DNA of 64,000 nucleotides from an uncultured Methylomirabilota bacterium (GTDB lineage Bacteria > Methylomirabilota > Methylomirabilia > Methylomirabilales > 2-02-FULL-66-22), in the NCBI GenBank assembly GCA_963845565.1, contig CAWJSJ010000001.1:96001-160000 (forward strand), given 5' to 3'. Each line of letters opens with the position of its first letter. Position 1 is the stretch's first letter. Of the stretch, positions 9,546 to 18,626 are shown piece after piece. The notes under the pieces are model-generated. The model saw only the letters and a list, made by a program, of their open reading frames with translations, was not told the DNA's origin and ran no database searches. A program made the translations under genes and the position numbers.

Positions 9546-12218
9546 GTGACCACCAACACCATCCGTATTCGCGGCGCTCGCGAGCACAACCTGAAGTCCA
9601 TCGATCTTGACATCCCCCGCGACCAGCTCGTCGTCATCACCGGGGTATCGGGTTCGGGGAAGTCCTCCCTGGCCTTCGACACGATCTACGCCGAGGGCCA
9701 GCGGCGCTACGTGGAATCCCTCTCGGCCTACGCCCGGCAGTTCCTGGAGCAGATGGATAAGCCGGACGTGGACCTGATCGAGGGGTTGTCCCCCGCCATT
9801 TCCATCGAGCAGAAGACCACCAGCAAGAACCCGCGCTCCACCGTGGCCACGGTCACCGAGATCTACGACTACCTCCGGCTGCTCTATGCGCGCATCGGCC
9901 GGCCCTCCTGTTTCCGCTGCGGGAAGCCCATCGCGTCCCAGACCGTCAGCCAGATCGTGGATCAGGTGCTGGGTCTGCCGAGCGGGACCAAGATCCAGGT
10001 TCTGGCCCCTGTGGTCCGTGGGCGGAAAGGGGAGTACCGCCAGATCTTCGTCCAGATGCGAAAGGAGGGTTTTGTCCGCGTCCGGGTGAACGGCACGCTC
10101 CACGATCTAGACCATGCGATCGAGCTGGACAAGAATAAGAAGCACACCATCGAGGTGGTGGTGGACCGGCTGGTGGTCTCGGACACTCTGGGGCGCCGGT
10201 TGGCGGACTCGCTGGAGACGGCGCTCAAGCTGGCCGAGGGGATCGTGACGGTCAACCGGCTCGATGGGGGCAAAGACCTGATGTTTTCCGAGCGGATGGC
10301 CTGTATCGAGTGCGGAGTCAGCTATCCCGAGATCAGCCCGCGCATCTTCTCGTTCAACAACCCGCACGGTGCGTGCCCTGCCTGCGACGGCCTGGGCACC
10401 CGGGTGGACCTGCGCGCCGCGTCACTGGATCCCAGCCTGCGGGAACTGGGGGACGAGTTCTTCGGAGCCAGCCTGGGCGCGCTGGATCGCCGGTACAAGG
10501 AGACGCAGTCCTCGCGGGTCCGGGAAGAGATCGAGAGCTACGTCGAGCGTCTGGCCAGCGTTCAGCCGTGCGCGGAGTGTCAGGGGGCGCGGCTTCGGAA
10601 GGAGTCGCTGGCCATCCGCGTGGGGGGGCTGAACATCGCCGAGCTCACCCGGAAATCGGTCAAGGATGCGGTGGCCTTCTTCGGCGCCCTGGGGGCGGCC
10701 GGCTCCAACGGCGACCCGCTGGGACTCACGGAGAAGGAGCGGGAGATCGCCCGCCGAATCCTCAAGGAGATCCGGGAGCGGCTGGGTTTCCTGTTGAACG
10801 TGGGCCTGGACTACCTGACGCTGGACCGGACGGCCGCCACGCTGGCGGGCGGGGAGGGCCAGCGCATCCGTTTGGCGACGCAGATCGGCAGCTCGCTGAT
10901 GGGCGTGCTGTATATCCTGGACGAGCCCAGTATCGGGCTTCACCAGCGGGACAACGTCCGTCTCCTGAACACGCTGAAGCGGCTCCGGGACCTCGGCAAC
11001 ACCGTGCTGGTGGTGGAGCACGACGAGGAGACGATCCGCGCGGCGGATTATGTGATCGACCTGGGGCCCGGCGCCGGGGTGGCGGGGGGCCGACTGGTGT
11101 CCGCCGGGGCGCCGGACGTCATCATGGCCGACCGCGCGTCGTTGACGGGGCGCTATCTGTCGGGAGAGCTCTCCATCCCCGTTCCTGCGCAGCGCCGTCC
11201 GTTGACCGGGCAGCAGTTGACGATCCGGGGTGCACGGGAGCACAACCTGAAGAACATCGAGGTGGAGATCCCGCTCGGACTCTTCACCTGCGTCACGGGG
11301 GTGTCCGGTTCGGGGAAAAGCACCCTGGTCACGGACATCCTGCGCAAGGCGCTGGATGCCGCTCTCTACGGCGGCCGGGAGCGGCCGGGGGCCCACGACA
11401 AGATCCTGGGGATGGAGCAGATCGACAAGGTGATCGACATCGATCAATCCCCCATCGGCCGGACGCCGCGGAGCAACCCGGCCACCTACACCGGTGTGTT
11501 CAGCTTCATCCGCGACTTGTACGCCCTGACCCCCGAAGCCCGGATGCGGGGCTACCAGCCCGGCCGATTCAGCTTCAACGTCAAGGGCGGTCGCTGCGAG
11601 GCCTGCCAGGGGGATGGACTCATCCAGATCGAGATGCACTTCCTGCCGGATGTGTACGTCACCTGCGAGGTGTGCAAAGGGAAACGGTATAACCGGGAGA
11701 CGCTGGAGATCGCCTATAAGGGCAGGAGCATCGCGGAGGTCCTGGGCATGACGGTGCAGGAGGCGCTGCGTTTCTTTGAGAATGTGCCGCGCATCCGCGA
11801 GAAGATGCAGACGCTCCATGACGTCGGCCTGGGGTACATCAAGCTGGGCCAATCGGCCACGACGTTGTCCGGCGGCGAGGCGCAACGGGTCAAGCTGAGC
11901 CGGGAACTCTCTCGGCGCGGCACCGGGCGCACGCTCTATATCCTCGACGAGCCAACAACCGGGCTCCATTTTGCCGACATCCAGCAATTGTTGGATGTCC
12001 TGCATCGGTTGCGGGACGCGGGGAACACGGTGCTGGTGATCGAGCATAACCTGGACGTCGTGAAAACGGCGGACTACGTCATCGACCTCGGCCCCGAGGG
12101 TGGGGACGGGGGCGGACAGATCGTGGCGAGCGGGACCCCGGAAGAGGTCGCGCGCGTCAAGGTGTCCCACACCGGCCAGTTCCTGAAGCGTGTGCTGCGA
12201 AACGGCCGAGGCAAGTAG
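9546..12218 (+). CDS. uvrA: Excinuclease ABC subunit A (shortened insertion domain)
   Basis: GAREHNLK, two Walker [21 protein letters not shown], zinc-finger CxxC pairs, LSGGEAQR. Confidence 0.96.
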   Translation: MTTNTIRIRGAREHNLKSIDLDIPRDQLVVITGVSGSGKSSLAFDTIYAEGQRRYVESLSAYARQFLEQMDKPDVDLIEGLSPAISIEQKTTSKNPRSTVATVTEIYDYLRLLYARIGRPSCFRCGKPIASQTVSQIVDQVLGLPSGTKIQVLAPVVRGRKGEYRQIFVQMRKEGFVRVRVNGTLHDLDHAIELDKNKKHTIEVVVDRLVVSDTLGRRLADSLETALKLAEGIVTVNRLDGGKDLMFSERMACIECGVSYPEISPRIFSFNNPHGACPACDGLGTRVDLRAASLDPSLRELGDEFFGASLGALDRRYKETQSSRVREEIESYVERLASVQPCAECQGARLRKESLAIRVGGLNIAELTRKSVKDAVAFFGALGAAGSNGDPLGLTEKEREIARRILKEIRERLGFLLNVGLDYLTLDRTAATLAGGEGQRIRLATQIGSSLMGVLYILDEPSIGLHQRDNVRLLNTLKRLRDLGNTVLVVEHDEETIRAADYVIDLGPGAGVAGGRLVSAGAPDVIMADRASLTGRYLSGELSIPVPAQRRPLTGQQLTIRGAREHNLKNIEVEIPLGLFTCVTGVSGSGKSTLVTDILRKALDAALYGGRERPGAHDKILGMEQIDKVIDIDQSPIGRTPRSNPATYTGVFSFIRDLYALTPEARMRGYQPGRFSFNVKGGRCEACQGDGLIQIEMHFLPDVYVTCEVCKGKRYNRETLEIAYKGRSIAEVLGMTVQEALRFFENVPRIREKMQTLHDVGLGYIKLGQSATTLSGGEAQRVKLSRELSRRGTGRTLYILDEPTTGLHFADIQQLLDVLHRLRDAGNTVLVIEHNLDVVKTADYVIDLGPEGGDGGGQIVASGTPEEVARVKVSHTGQFLKRVLRNGRGK

Positions 12219-12480
12219 GGGGTCGATGCGCCGTGGTTCTGCCCGTCGGGATACGTGCCCCCTCTCCGAGGGCCGGTCGGGCCTGACGGGGGTGCCAGCG
12301 TCCCCGGGCCAATCGTCCCATTCTCGAGCCGCAAAGGGTGACACAGTGTCCCATTTCAAACCGTACCAGGGTTGTGTCCTTGCGTGAGCTATCGGCGTGG
12401 TTTCTCGCGAACTCCATATTTGGTGGTAAGTTACACGCTGGCCGTGGCTGGCGTATCTTGGGCTGGGAAGAGGGCGAAGG

Positions 12481-12495
12481 TGGCATGCCGCTTGC
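12481..12495 (+). promoter_or_regulatory. sigma54 (-24/-12) promoter
   Basis: TGGCATGCCGCTTGC versus consensus TGGCACG-N4-TTGC; exact GG-N10-GC spacing. Confidence 0.7.
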
Positions 12496-12506
12496 CTCTA
12501 TTGATC

Positions 12507-12662
12507 CCAGTTGATTTCGAGAGGATAGACCGCGCAGGGGAATCTCTGGTGCCGGCCCGGAATATCGGGCGCGCACGTCACGGTAGCCGCGGGACCGACT
12601 CCCCCCCCTCCCCGGTCCCGCGACCAGGCCCCCGGCCCGAGCAATCGGGCCGGGGGTTTTTT
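12507..12662 (+). ncRNA. Candidate sigma54-dependent small RNA (~155 nt)
   Basis: Lies between the sigma54 motif and a strong terminator; hairpins at 12549-12576 and 12588-12622 (loop ACUCCCCCCCCUCCC); no credible ORF. Confidence 0.55.
12628..12662 (+). terminator. Rho-independent terminator
   Basis: GCCCCCGGCCCGA-GCAA-TCGGGCCGGGGGT followed by a T run. Confidence 0.85.
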
Positions 12663-12827
12663 GGTGCCCGAAACACGTAACCGTTTTCAAATCCGTGCGA
12701 CGTTGCGGGAAATTCTTGACAGGCCGTATTGAACCTGTAAAGTAACTGACTTAACTCGGCGTTTTTCCGGAGAATGGAGCAGGTTGACTCAGAAGCGTGA
12801 ACAGGCCGAGGGAATGGGAGGAGGGCG

Positions 12828-13256
12828 ATGAGTCGCCTTCTCGTTCTGGTTGTGAGCGACAACCAAACCGAGGTGCGCGTTCTGAGTGAGATCCTCCGGG
12901 AACAATCCCGGGGGGAGGTATCCGTGGTCGGGGCGGCGGGTCGAGGGGAAGACGCGCTGAGCCGCGCCATGGCTCTTCGGCCTCACGTGATCCTGGTCAA
13001 CCTCGATCCGGCGGAGGAGGGCGACCTGGAGATCCTCCCGCGGTTACGCGGATTATTCGTGGACGTCGGCATCGTGGCGCTGATCGCGGCGGAGAACGGC
13101 GGTCTTGATGAAGCGGCTCGGGCCGCCGGGGCAGACCACGCTGTCGTCAGAAGCCAGGTGCGAAGCCATCTGGCGTCGGCCGTCAGGCAGGCGGCACAAA
13201 AGGCGCGGGCCCGGCAACGCGTGATCGATCAGAGCGCCATGGATCTGACACCCTAG
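12828..13256 (+). CDS. Atypical (pseudo) receiver-domain protein
   Basis: REC fold pattern (VLVV.., VVGAA..GEDAL, PHVILVNL, GAD) with Asn in place of the phosphoacceptor Asp; strong RBS. Confidence 0.7.
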   Translation: MSRLLVLVVSDNQTEVRVLSEILREQSRGEVSVVGAAGRGEDALSRAMALRPHVILVNLDPAEEGDLEILPRLRGLFVDVGIVALIAAENGGLDEAARAAGADHAVVRSQVRSHLASAVRQAAQKARARQRVIDQSAMDLTP

Positions 13257-13317
13257 GCGGGCGCCCGAAGGTGGCTCCCGTCGCTCCTGAGCCACACCTT
13301 CGGGCGCGCACGAGAAA

Positions 13318-13743
13318 GTGAACAGCATGACGCGGGTTCTGGCTATCGATGATGACGACATGACTCGCCAGTTTGTCACGTCCGTCCTGCAGTCCGCGGG
13401 GTACGAGGTGCACACCGCGCCCGGGGGGGTGTCCGGGCTCCAGCAGGTGACCACCGCTCCGCCCGACATCGTGCTGCTGGATGTGCAGATGCCCGACTTG
13501 AACGGTTACGAGGTATGCCGCCGCCTGCGGCAGGGGGCGAAAACCCAGGGAATCCCGGTCATCATGCTGACCGCCAGCGAGGACCCCAAACTCAATCATC
13601 TGGCCTACGAGGCCGGCGCCCAGGCCTGCGTACCGAAGCCGTTTCGCCGAGAAGCCCTCATCGCGACCATCGAAGCGGTGCGACTGAGCATGCCACACAC
13701 AAAGGCGGGTGGCGATCCGGGGAAGGGAGCCGGCGGGCAATAG
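13318..13743 (+). CDS. Single-domain response regulator (CheY-like)
   Basis: IDDD, LLDVQMP, MLTA, KPF; alternative start at 13327. Confidence 0.85.
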   Translation: MNSMTRVLAIDDDDMTRQFVTSVLQSAGYEVHTAPGGVSGLQQVTTAPPDIVLLDVQMPDLNGYEVCRRLRQGAKTQGIPVIMLTASEDPKLNHLAYEAGAQACVPKPFRREALIATIEAVRLSMPHTKAGGDPGKGAGGQ

Positions 13744-13966
13744 GGTCCCGGGGGAGGGGTCCGGCGCCTCCGCTGTGGCGCGCTTTGCCCGGTCCGGCGG
13801 GTCCCGTGATCTGTCGTGTTTCCCCGGCGCCCGCTGCGCGTCCGGGACGGCCGGCGGTGGCCGGTACCTGTTCCGCCGGGCCCTGCCTGCGTACCAAGGG
13901 GCCTCGAGCTTTCCTATTCCGCTTTCCTCCTTTACTTTCTGCGGTCTCCTTCGCTAGACTACTCCC

Positions 13967-15463
13967 GTGTCAAGACGAGGAGGTGTGTGGCCGAAAGGCC
14001 CCTGGAACCTGAGCCTGCGCGGCAAACTGCTGTTCATGATGTTCGGCCTGCTGATGCTGGTGCTGGCCACATTGTTCGCCCTGTATTCGAATGCAGAGCG
14101 GGACCTGATCACGCAGGTCGAACGGCATACCACCGACCTCAGCACCGCCATCCAGCTCAGCGTCGAGCAGTTGACCTCGAAGGGGCGGACCAGCGAGGCA
14201 CGCCTGCAGGACTACGTGCAGCGCCTGAAACAACGCGGCGTCGGCGAGCTCTCCATCGTCAGCAACGAGGAAGAGGTGATCGCCTCTTCCAACCCGCGGC
14301 GGGTGGGGGTACGGGTCGACCCCAAGCGAAAGGATATCTTCATCACGGCCCGACTCGGCGAAGAGGTGGAGGGCGGGCGGGGGCAAAAGACCTACAATCT
14401 TCTCGTGCCGATCATGGTCAACAATCAGCGGAGCGGATACATCCTGATCAGCATGGTCCTGGACGATTTCGCCGAGTTGGCCCGGATCAATTTCCTCAAG
14501 CGGTTGGCGGGGACCATTCTTATTTTCGCCGTGGGGATCGGCGGGGCCGTGGTGCTGGCGTGGACCTACACCAAGCCAATCTCCCACGTGGTGGACGTGG
14601 CCCGGCGGGTTGCCCAGGGGCGCCTGGACGAGCGGTTGCCGGCCAATCGGCGCGACGAGATCGGCGAACTGAACCGCAGCTTCAACGAGATGGTCGACCG
14701 CCTACAGGAGCGGGTCGAACTGGAGGCCCGGCTCCATCGGGCGGAGCGGGTGGCGGCGATCGCGCATCTGGCCTCGGGGATCGCCCACGAGGTCCGCAAC
14801 CCGCTGAGCACCATCAGCATGACGGTCGGCCACCTGAAGGCGCATTTTCCGCCCAGTGCGCCTGCGGAACGGGAAGAGTTCATGCGCCTGACCTCCATGG
14901 TCATGGAGGAGATCCGGCGCCTGGACGATATGATCCGGAGTTTCCTGAAATACGGCAAACCGCTCAACCTGAAGCGGCAGCCGGCCGACGTGCGTACGTT
15001 GCTCGACGAGGTGCTGGACGTGGCCGCACAGAAGGCCGCCGTGGAGCGAATCCAGATCACGCGGACCTACCCGACCGCGCTGCCCGAGATCTGGGTGGAC
15101 GTGCCGCATCTCAAGACGTGCTTCATGAATCTGGTCCTCAACGCCTTTCAGGCGATGCCCGACGGCGGGGAGTTCCGGGTGACGGCGGCCGGCGGCGCCC
15201 CCCCGGGGGAATCCACCGTGGGGGAATCGGCTGACGGCTGGCTGGAGATCCGGTTCCAGGATAGCGGGATGGGGATTAAGCCAGAGGACCTCCCCAAGGT
15301 CTTCGAGCCGTATTTCACCACCAAGGAGGTGGGGATCGGGCTGGGGTTGGCCTTGACGAAGCAGATCGTCGAGGAGCACGGCGGACAGATCGAGATCTCC
15401 AGCGATCCGGGGCAGGGAACGGCGGTCCGACTTCGGCTTCCCGTGGGGGCGCCCAAGGTATGA
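13967..15463 (+). CDS. Membrane sensor histidine kinase with HAMP domain
   Basis: Two TM segments, HAMP DEIGEL..SFNEM, H-box AHEVRNPL, N/G/F boxes NLVLNA, DSGMGI, GLGL. Confidence 0.9.
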   Translation: MSRRGGVWPKGPWNLSLRGKLLFMMFGLLMLVLATLFALYSNAERDLITQVERHTTDLSTAIQLSVEQLTSKGRTSEARLQDYVQRLKQRGVGELSIVSNEEEVIASSNPRRVGVRVDPKRKDIFITARLGEEVEGGRGQKTYNLLVPIMVNNQRSGYILISMVLDDFAELARINFLKRLAGTILIFAVGIGGAVVLAWTYTKPISHVVDVARRVAQGRLDERLPANRRDEIGELNRSFNEMVDRLQERVELEARLHRAERVAAIAHLASGIAHEVRNPLSTISMTVGHLKAHFPPSAPAEREEFMRLTSMVMEEIRRLDDMIRSFLKYGKPLNLKRQPADVRTLLDEVLDVAAQKAAVERIQITRTYPTALPEIWVDVPHLKTCFMNLVLNAFQAMPDGGEFRVTAAGGAPPGESTVGESADGWLEIRFQDSGMGIKPEDLPKVFEPYFTTKEVGIGLGLALTKQIVEEHGGQIEISSDPGQGTAVRLRLPVGAPKV

Positions 15464-16920
15464 GCAAGGGACAGATTCTGGTCGTGGATGACGAAGCGGC
15501 GCAGCGCGAGATCCTGCGCACGATCCTCACGGCAGAGGGGTACCGGGTCGAGACCGCGGGCACCGCGGCGGAGGCCCTGGACAAGGGGGGGAAACATCGG
15601 TTCGACCTGGTGCTCTCGGACCTGCGGATGCCGGGCGCGGATGGCCTGTCGCTGGTTCGCGATCTCAGCCGGGAGGACCCGCCCACGCTGGTCATCATCA
15701 TGACAGGCTTCGGCTCGCTGGATTCTGCCGAGCAGGCCATGACGCAGGGCGCCTTCGACTATCTCACGAAGCCGCTGGAGCGGGAAGACCTCTTGCGGAT
15801 CGTGGGGCGCGCCTTCGACCGGATCGGGCTCATTCAGGAGAATCGCCTGCTCCGACAGCAGCTGGAGGAACGGTATCGCGTCGCGGGCCTCGTGGGCAGT
15901 CATTACCGAATGCAGGAGGTCTTTAACAAGCTCCACAAGGTCTCCAGTTCGGTCTCCACCGTGCTGATCATGGGCGAGAGCGGTACCGGCAAGGAGTTGG
16001 TCGCCCGCGCCATCCACGGGCATGGTCCCCGGCGGGATCGGACGTTTGTCGCGGTCAGTTGCGCGGCGATTCCCGAGACCCTGATCGAGAGCGAATTGTT
16101 CGGCTACGAAAAAGGGGCGTTCACCGGCGCCATGACCCGGCGGCAGGGGTTGTTTGAGGCGGCGGACAAGAGCACCTTGTTCCTGGACGAGATCGGCGAA
16201 CTCAACGTGAACATGCAGTCCAAAGTCCTGCGCGCTTTGCAGGAACGGGAGATTCGGCGGGTCGGGACCCACGAGAGCGTCAAGGTGGATGTCCGCATCA
16301 TCGCGGCGACGAACAGGAATTTGGAGGAGGAAGTCGCCAAGGGCAACTTCCGGGAGGATCTGTACTACCGCCTGAATGTGGTCACGATTCCGCTCCCACC
16401 GCTCCGGGAGCGGAGTACGGATATTCCTCAACTGGCCGAATACTTCGTGACGCGTGTTTGTGGAGAGGCCGGCCGGCCGCCGATGCCGATCACGACGGAG
16501 GCCATGCGGTTGCTGCTGCACTACCACTGGCCCGGGAATGTTCGGCAACTGGAGGCCATCCTGCAGCGGGCCGTGCTGCTGTCGGACGGACAGAGGATCG
16601 ACTACTCCGATCTGCCCATCGAGGTTCGGTTTTCCGCGCTGCCGTCCCGTGAGCCGGACACCGGACCGACCGGCGGAGCGCACCGATTCCTCTTGCCCCC
16701 GCAGGGGATCGATCTGGAGGGGGTCGAGCGGGATTTCATCCTCCAGGCCATGGAGGCGACGGGGTGGGTGATCGCGAAGGCAGCGAAGCTGCTGGGGTTG
16801 AGTTATCGCACGCTTCAGTACCGACTGGAGAAGTTCCAGATCCGCCGGGAGGGAAGCGAAGGGGTGGGGTCGGCCGAGGAGCAGCCCGAAGGGGCTGACG
16901 GCGAACCCCGAGACGCATAA
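15460..16920 (+). CDS. sigma54-dependent response regulator (NtrC family)
   Basis: REC, GESGTGKE, GAFTGA, FLDEIGE, WPGNVRQL, Fis-type HTH; ATGA overlap with the kinase. Confidence 0.93.
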   Translation: MSKGQILVVDDEAAQREILRTILTAEGYRVETAGTAAEALDKGGKHRFDLVLSDLRMPGADGLSLVRDLSREDPPTLVIIMTGFGSLDSAEQAMTQGAFDYLTKPLEREDLLRIVGRAFDRIGLIQENRLLRQQLEERYRVAGLVGSHYRMQEVFNKLHKVSSSVSTVLIMGESGTGKELVARAIHGHGPRRDRTFVAVSCAAIPETLIESELFGYEKGAFTGAMTRRQGLFEAADKSTLFLDEIGELNVNMQSKVLRALQEREIRRVGTHESVKVDVRIIAATNRNLEEEVAKGNFREDLYYRLNVVTIPLPPLRERSTDIPQLAEYFVTRVCGEAGRPPMPITTEAMRLLLHYHWPGNVRQLEAILQRAVLLSDGQRIDYSDLPIEVRFSALPSREPDTGPTGGAHRFLLPPQGIDLEGVERDFILQAMEATGWVIAKAAKLLGLSYRTLQYRLEKFQIRREGSEGVGSAEEQPEGADGEPRDA

Positions 16921-16956
16921 CCATCGAATTCTGTCGGACCGGAAAGGGGGGATGGC

Positions 16957-17052
16957 ATGGGCAGCGTCGTCAAGAAGCGTCGGAAAAAGATCGCCAAGCA
17001 TAAGTACAAGAAGCTGCTGAAGCGGACGAGACACCAGCGACGAGGGAAGTAG
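16957..17052 (+). CDS. 31-aa basic protein, bS22 / AURKAIP1-COX24 (DUF1713) family
   Basis: MGSVVKKRRKKIAKHKYKKLLKRTRHQRRGK after a G-rich RBS, followed by a terminator; below the ORF-track cutoff. Confidence 0.85.
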   Translation: MGSVVKKRRKKIAKHKYKKLLKRTRHQRRGK

Positions 17053-17067
17053 CGTCCCGGGTCGGAC

Positions 17068-17111
17068 GAGGGGCCGTGTTCCCGAGTTGGGGACGGGCCC
17101 CTCGTTGTTTT
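17068..17111 (+). terminator. Rho-independent terminator
   Basis: GAGGGGCCGT..CCC / GGG..ACGGGCCCCTC stem followed by GTTGTTTT. Confidence 0.65.
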
Positions 17112-17116
17112 GCGAT

Positions 17117-17144
17117 TCAACCATTGACGGGATCCGCGGTCTAA
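17117..17144 (+). promoter_or_regulatory. Putative ECF-sigma (autoregulatory) promoter
   Basis: TCAACC-16 nt-GTCTAA, the AAC/GTC pattern typical of ECF promoters, 70 bp before the ECF gene. Confidence 0.5.
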
Positions 17145-17215
17145 CGGGATACAATCGGTTGACGGGTCCGTCGCCGCCCGGCGCCCGACCGCCGGGCCCT
17201 CCCCGCGAGTACATT

Positions 17216-17761
17216 GTGCCCCAGTCAGATTCGGAGGTGATCCGGCGGGTCCTCGACGGAGAGACGGCGGCGTACGAGGTGCTGGTGCGGCGGTATCAAC
17301 AGACGGTCTTTCGTCTGGCCCAGCGGATGACCCGAAATGCCGAGGATGCCCGCGATCTCGCGCAGGAGGCTTTCGTCCAAGCCTACCGGTCGCTGGCGGG
17401 ATTCCGGGGCCACGCCAGCTTCTCCACCTGGCTGTACCGGATCGCCATGAACCTCTGCCTGAGCCATCTGAAGGCGACCCGGCGGGAGGATCCGGTCGAG
17501 GTGGATGCGGGGGTGGCGGATGCCCGGGACGATTCCCTCACCGCTCTGCTGGCTGACGAGCGGGACCGGGCGCTGGCGGCTGCCATCGAGCAATTGCCTC
17601 CACAGCAGCGGGCGACACTGACGCTGCGGGTGCACCAGGGGCTCAGCCATCGGGAAATCGCCGAGGTGCTGGACTGCGCCGAGGGTACGGCCAAGGCGAA
17701 CTACTTCCACGCCATCCGGACCCTGCAGCGGAGATTGGAGGCGTTCCGCGATACCGGATGA
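17216..17761 (+). CDS. ECF RNA polymerase sigma factor
   Basis: DLAQEAF, FSTWLYRIAMN, LPPQQR..EIAEVL..GTAK. Confidence 0.9.
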   Translation: MPQSDSEVIRRVLDGETAAYEVLVRRYQQTVFRLAQRMTRNAEDARDLAQEAFVQAYRSLAGFRGHASFSTWLYRIAMNLCLSHLKATRREDPVEVDAGVADARDDSLTALLADERDRALAAAIEQLPPQQRATLTLRVHQGLSHREIAEVLDCAEGTAKANYFHAIRTLQRRLEAFRDTG

Positions 17762-17813
17762 GGGGTGCGAGGTGGAGCCCAGCTGTTTTGGGCGATGAGG
17801 AGGACGCACGAGC

Positions 17814-18356
17814 ATGCCGGGCTGTGACGGGATCCGCGATCGGCTAATGGACTTCATCGAAGGCGAGCTTTCCGCCGAGGAGCATCGCCCGGTCGAGGCT
17901 CATCTTCGCCGATGCCCACAATGCTCCCGCGAGGTTGTCGGGCTGCGGGAGGCCCTGGCTCGCGTGCAAGCGCTCCCGGAGCCGGCGGCATCGGCCCATC
18001 TCCTGGACGGGTTCGCGGCCGCGGTGCAGGGGCGGCTCGCGGCCGAGAGGCCTCGGCGCCTGCCGTTCTGGAGGAAGGCCGCCGCCCGGCTGGATGGCTT
18101 CGTCAGGGCGCGGCCGATCCCCACGTTCTCGGCGGCGGCGGTCCTAGGGATCCTGCTGGTCATCGGCCTGGTGCGCACCTCCGGTCGCCCGCAGGTCTCG
18201 CCCGCGCCCGAGGTCCTGGTGGTTGGGGAATCGCTCTCGATGGCCCAGAATCTGGACGTGCTGGAGCAGTTCGACCTCCTGGAGGATCTGGATCTCCTGG
18301 AGCAGTTGCCGTTCCTGCGAGGTCCGGGGAACAACCGGCCGCTGACGCTGAGCTGA
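17814..18356 (+). CDS. Anti-sigma factor with zf-HC2 (ZAS) domain and TM helix
   Basis: C4..HLRRCPQC and one hydrophobic segment. Confidence 0.8.
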   Translation: MPGCDGIRDRLMDFIEGELSAEEHRPVEAHLRRCPQCSREVVGLREALARVQALPEPAASAHLLDGFAAAVQGRLAAERPRRLPFWRKAAARLDGFVRARPIPTFSAAAVLGILLVIGLVRTSGRPQVSPAPEVLVVGESLSMAQNLDVLEQFDLLEDLDLLEQLPFLRGPGNNRPLTLS

Positions 18357-18359
18357 GCG

Positions 18360-18626
18360 ATGGCTCAGCCGATGTGGGCGCTCGGTCTCCTGGTCTGTGG
18401 CGCGGTCCTGGCGTGCGGCGTCGGACCGGTGTCCGCCGGCGAGGCCCCGGAGCCGCGAGGTCAGGACAAGGCTGCCGAGGCTGGGGCGGACGCCCAACTC
18501 CTGGCCGATCTGGAGATCCTGCGCGATCTGGAAATGCTCCGGCAACTGGATGTCTTGCGGAAGGTGGATGAGGTGCGTCGCGCACCGAGTCCACGCCCGA
18601 CGCAAGAGGAAAAGGGGAAGCCATGA
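18360..18626 (+). CDS. Small exported protein
   Basis: Signal-peptide-like N-terminus and LLADLEILRDLEMLRQLDVL motif; ATGA overlap with the next gene. Confidence 0.6.
   Translation: MAQPMWALGLLVCGAVLACGVGPVSAGEAPEPRGQDKAAEAGADAQLLADLEILRDLEMLRQLDVLRKVDEVRRAPSPRPTQEEKGKP

Noticed and set aside
7542..10103. Long antisense or alternate-frame ORFs (e.g. 7542-10103, 10422-12359, 15148-17214, 22492-24342, 42159-44231, 57058-58902)
   Set aside because: They are shadows of well-supported genes in high-GC DNA, with no recognisable motifs.
12372..12680. 102-aa ORF across the sRNA candidate
   Set aside because: Low-complexity translation that runs through a strong terminator, with no convincing RBS or motif.
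18354..18360. TGA of the anti-sigma gene is in frame with the next ORF (possible read-through)
   Set aside because: There is no Cys/redox context or clear SECIS, and the next ORF has its own ATG and signal peptide.
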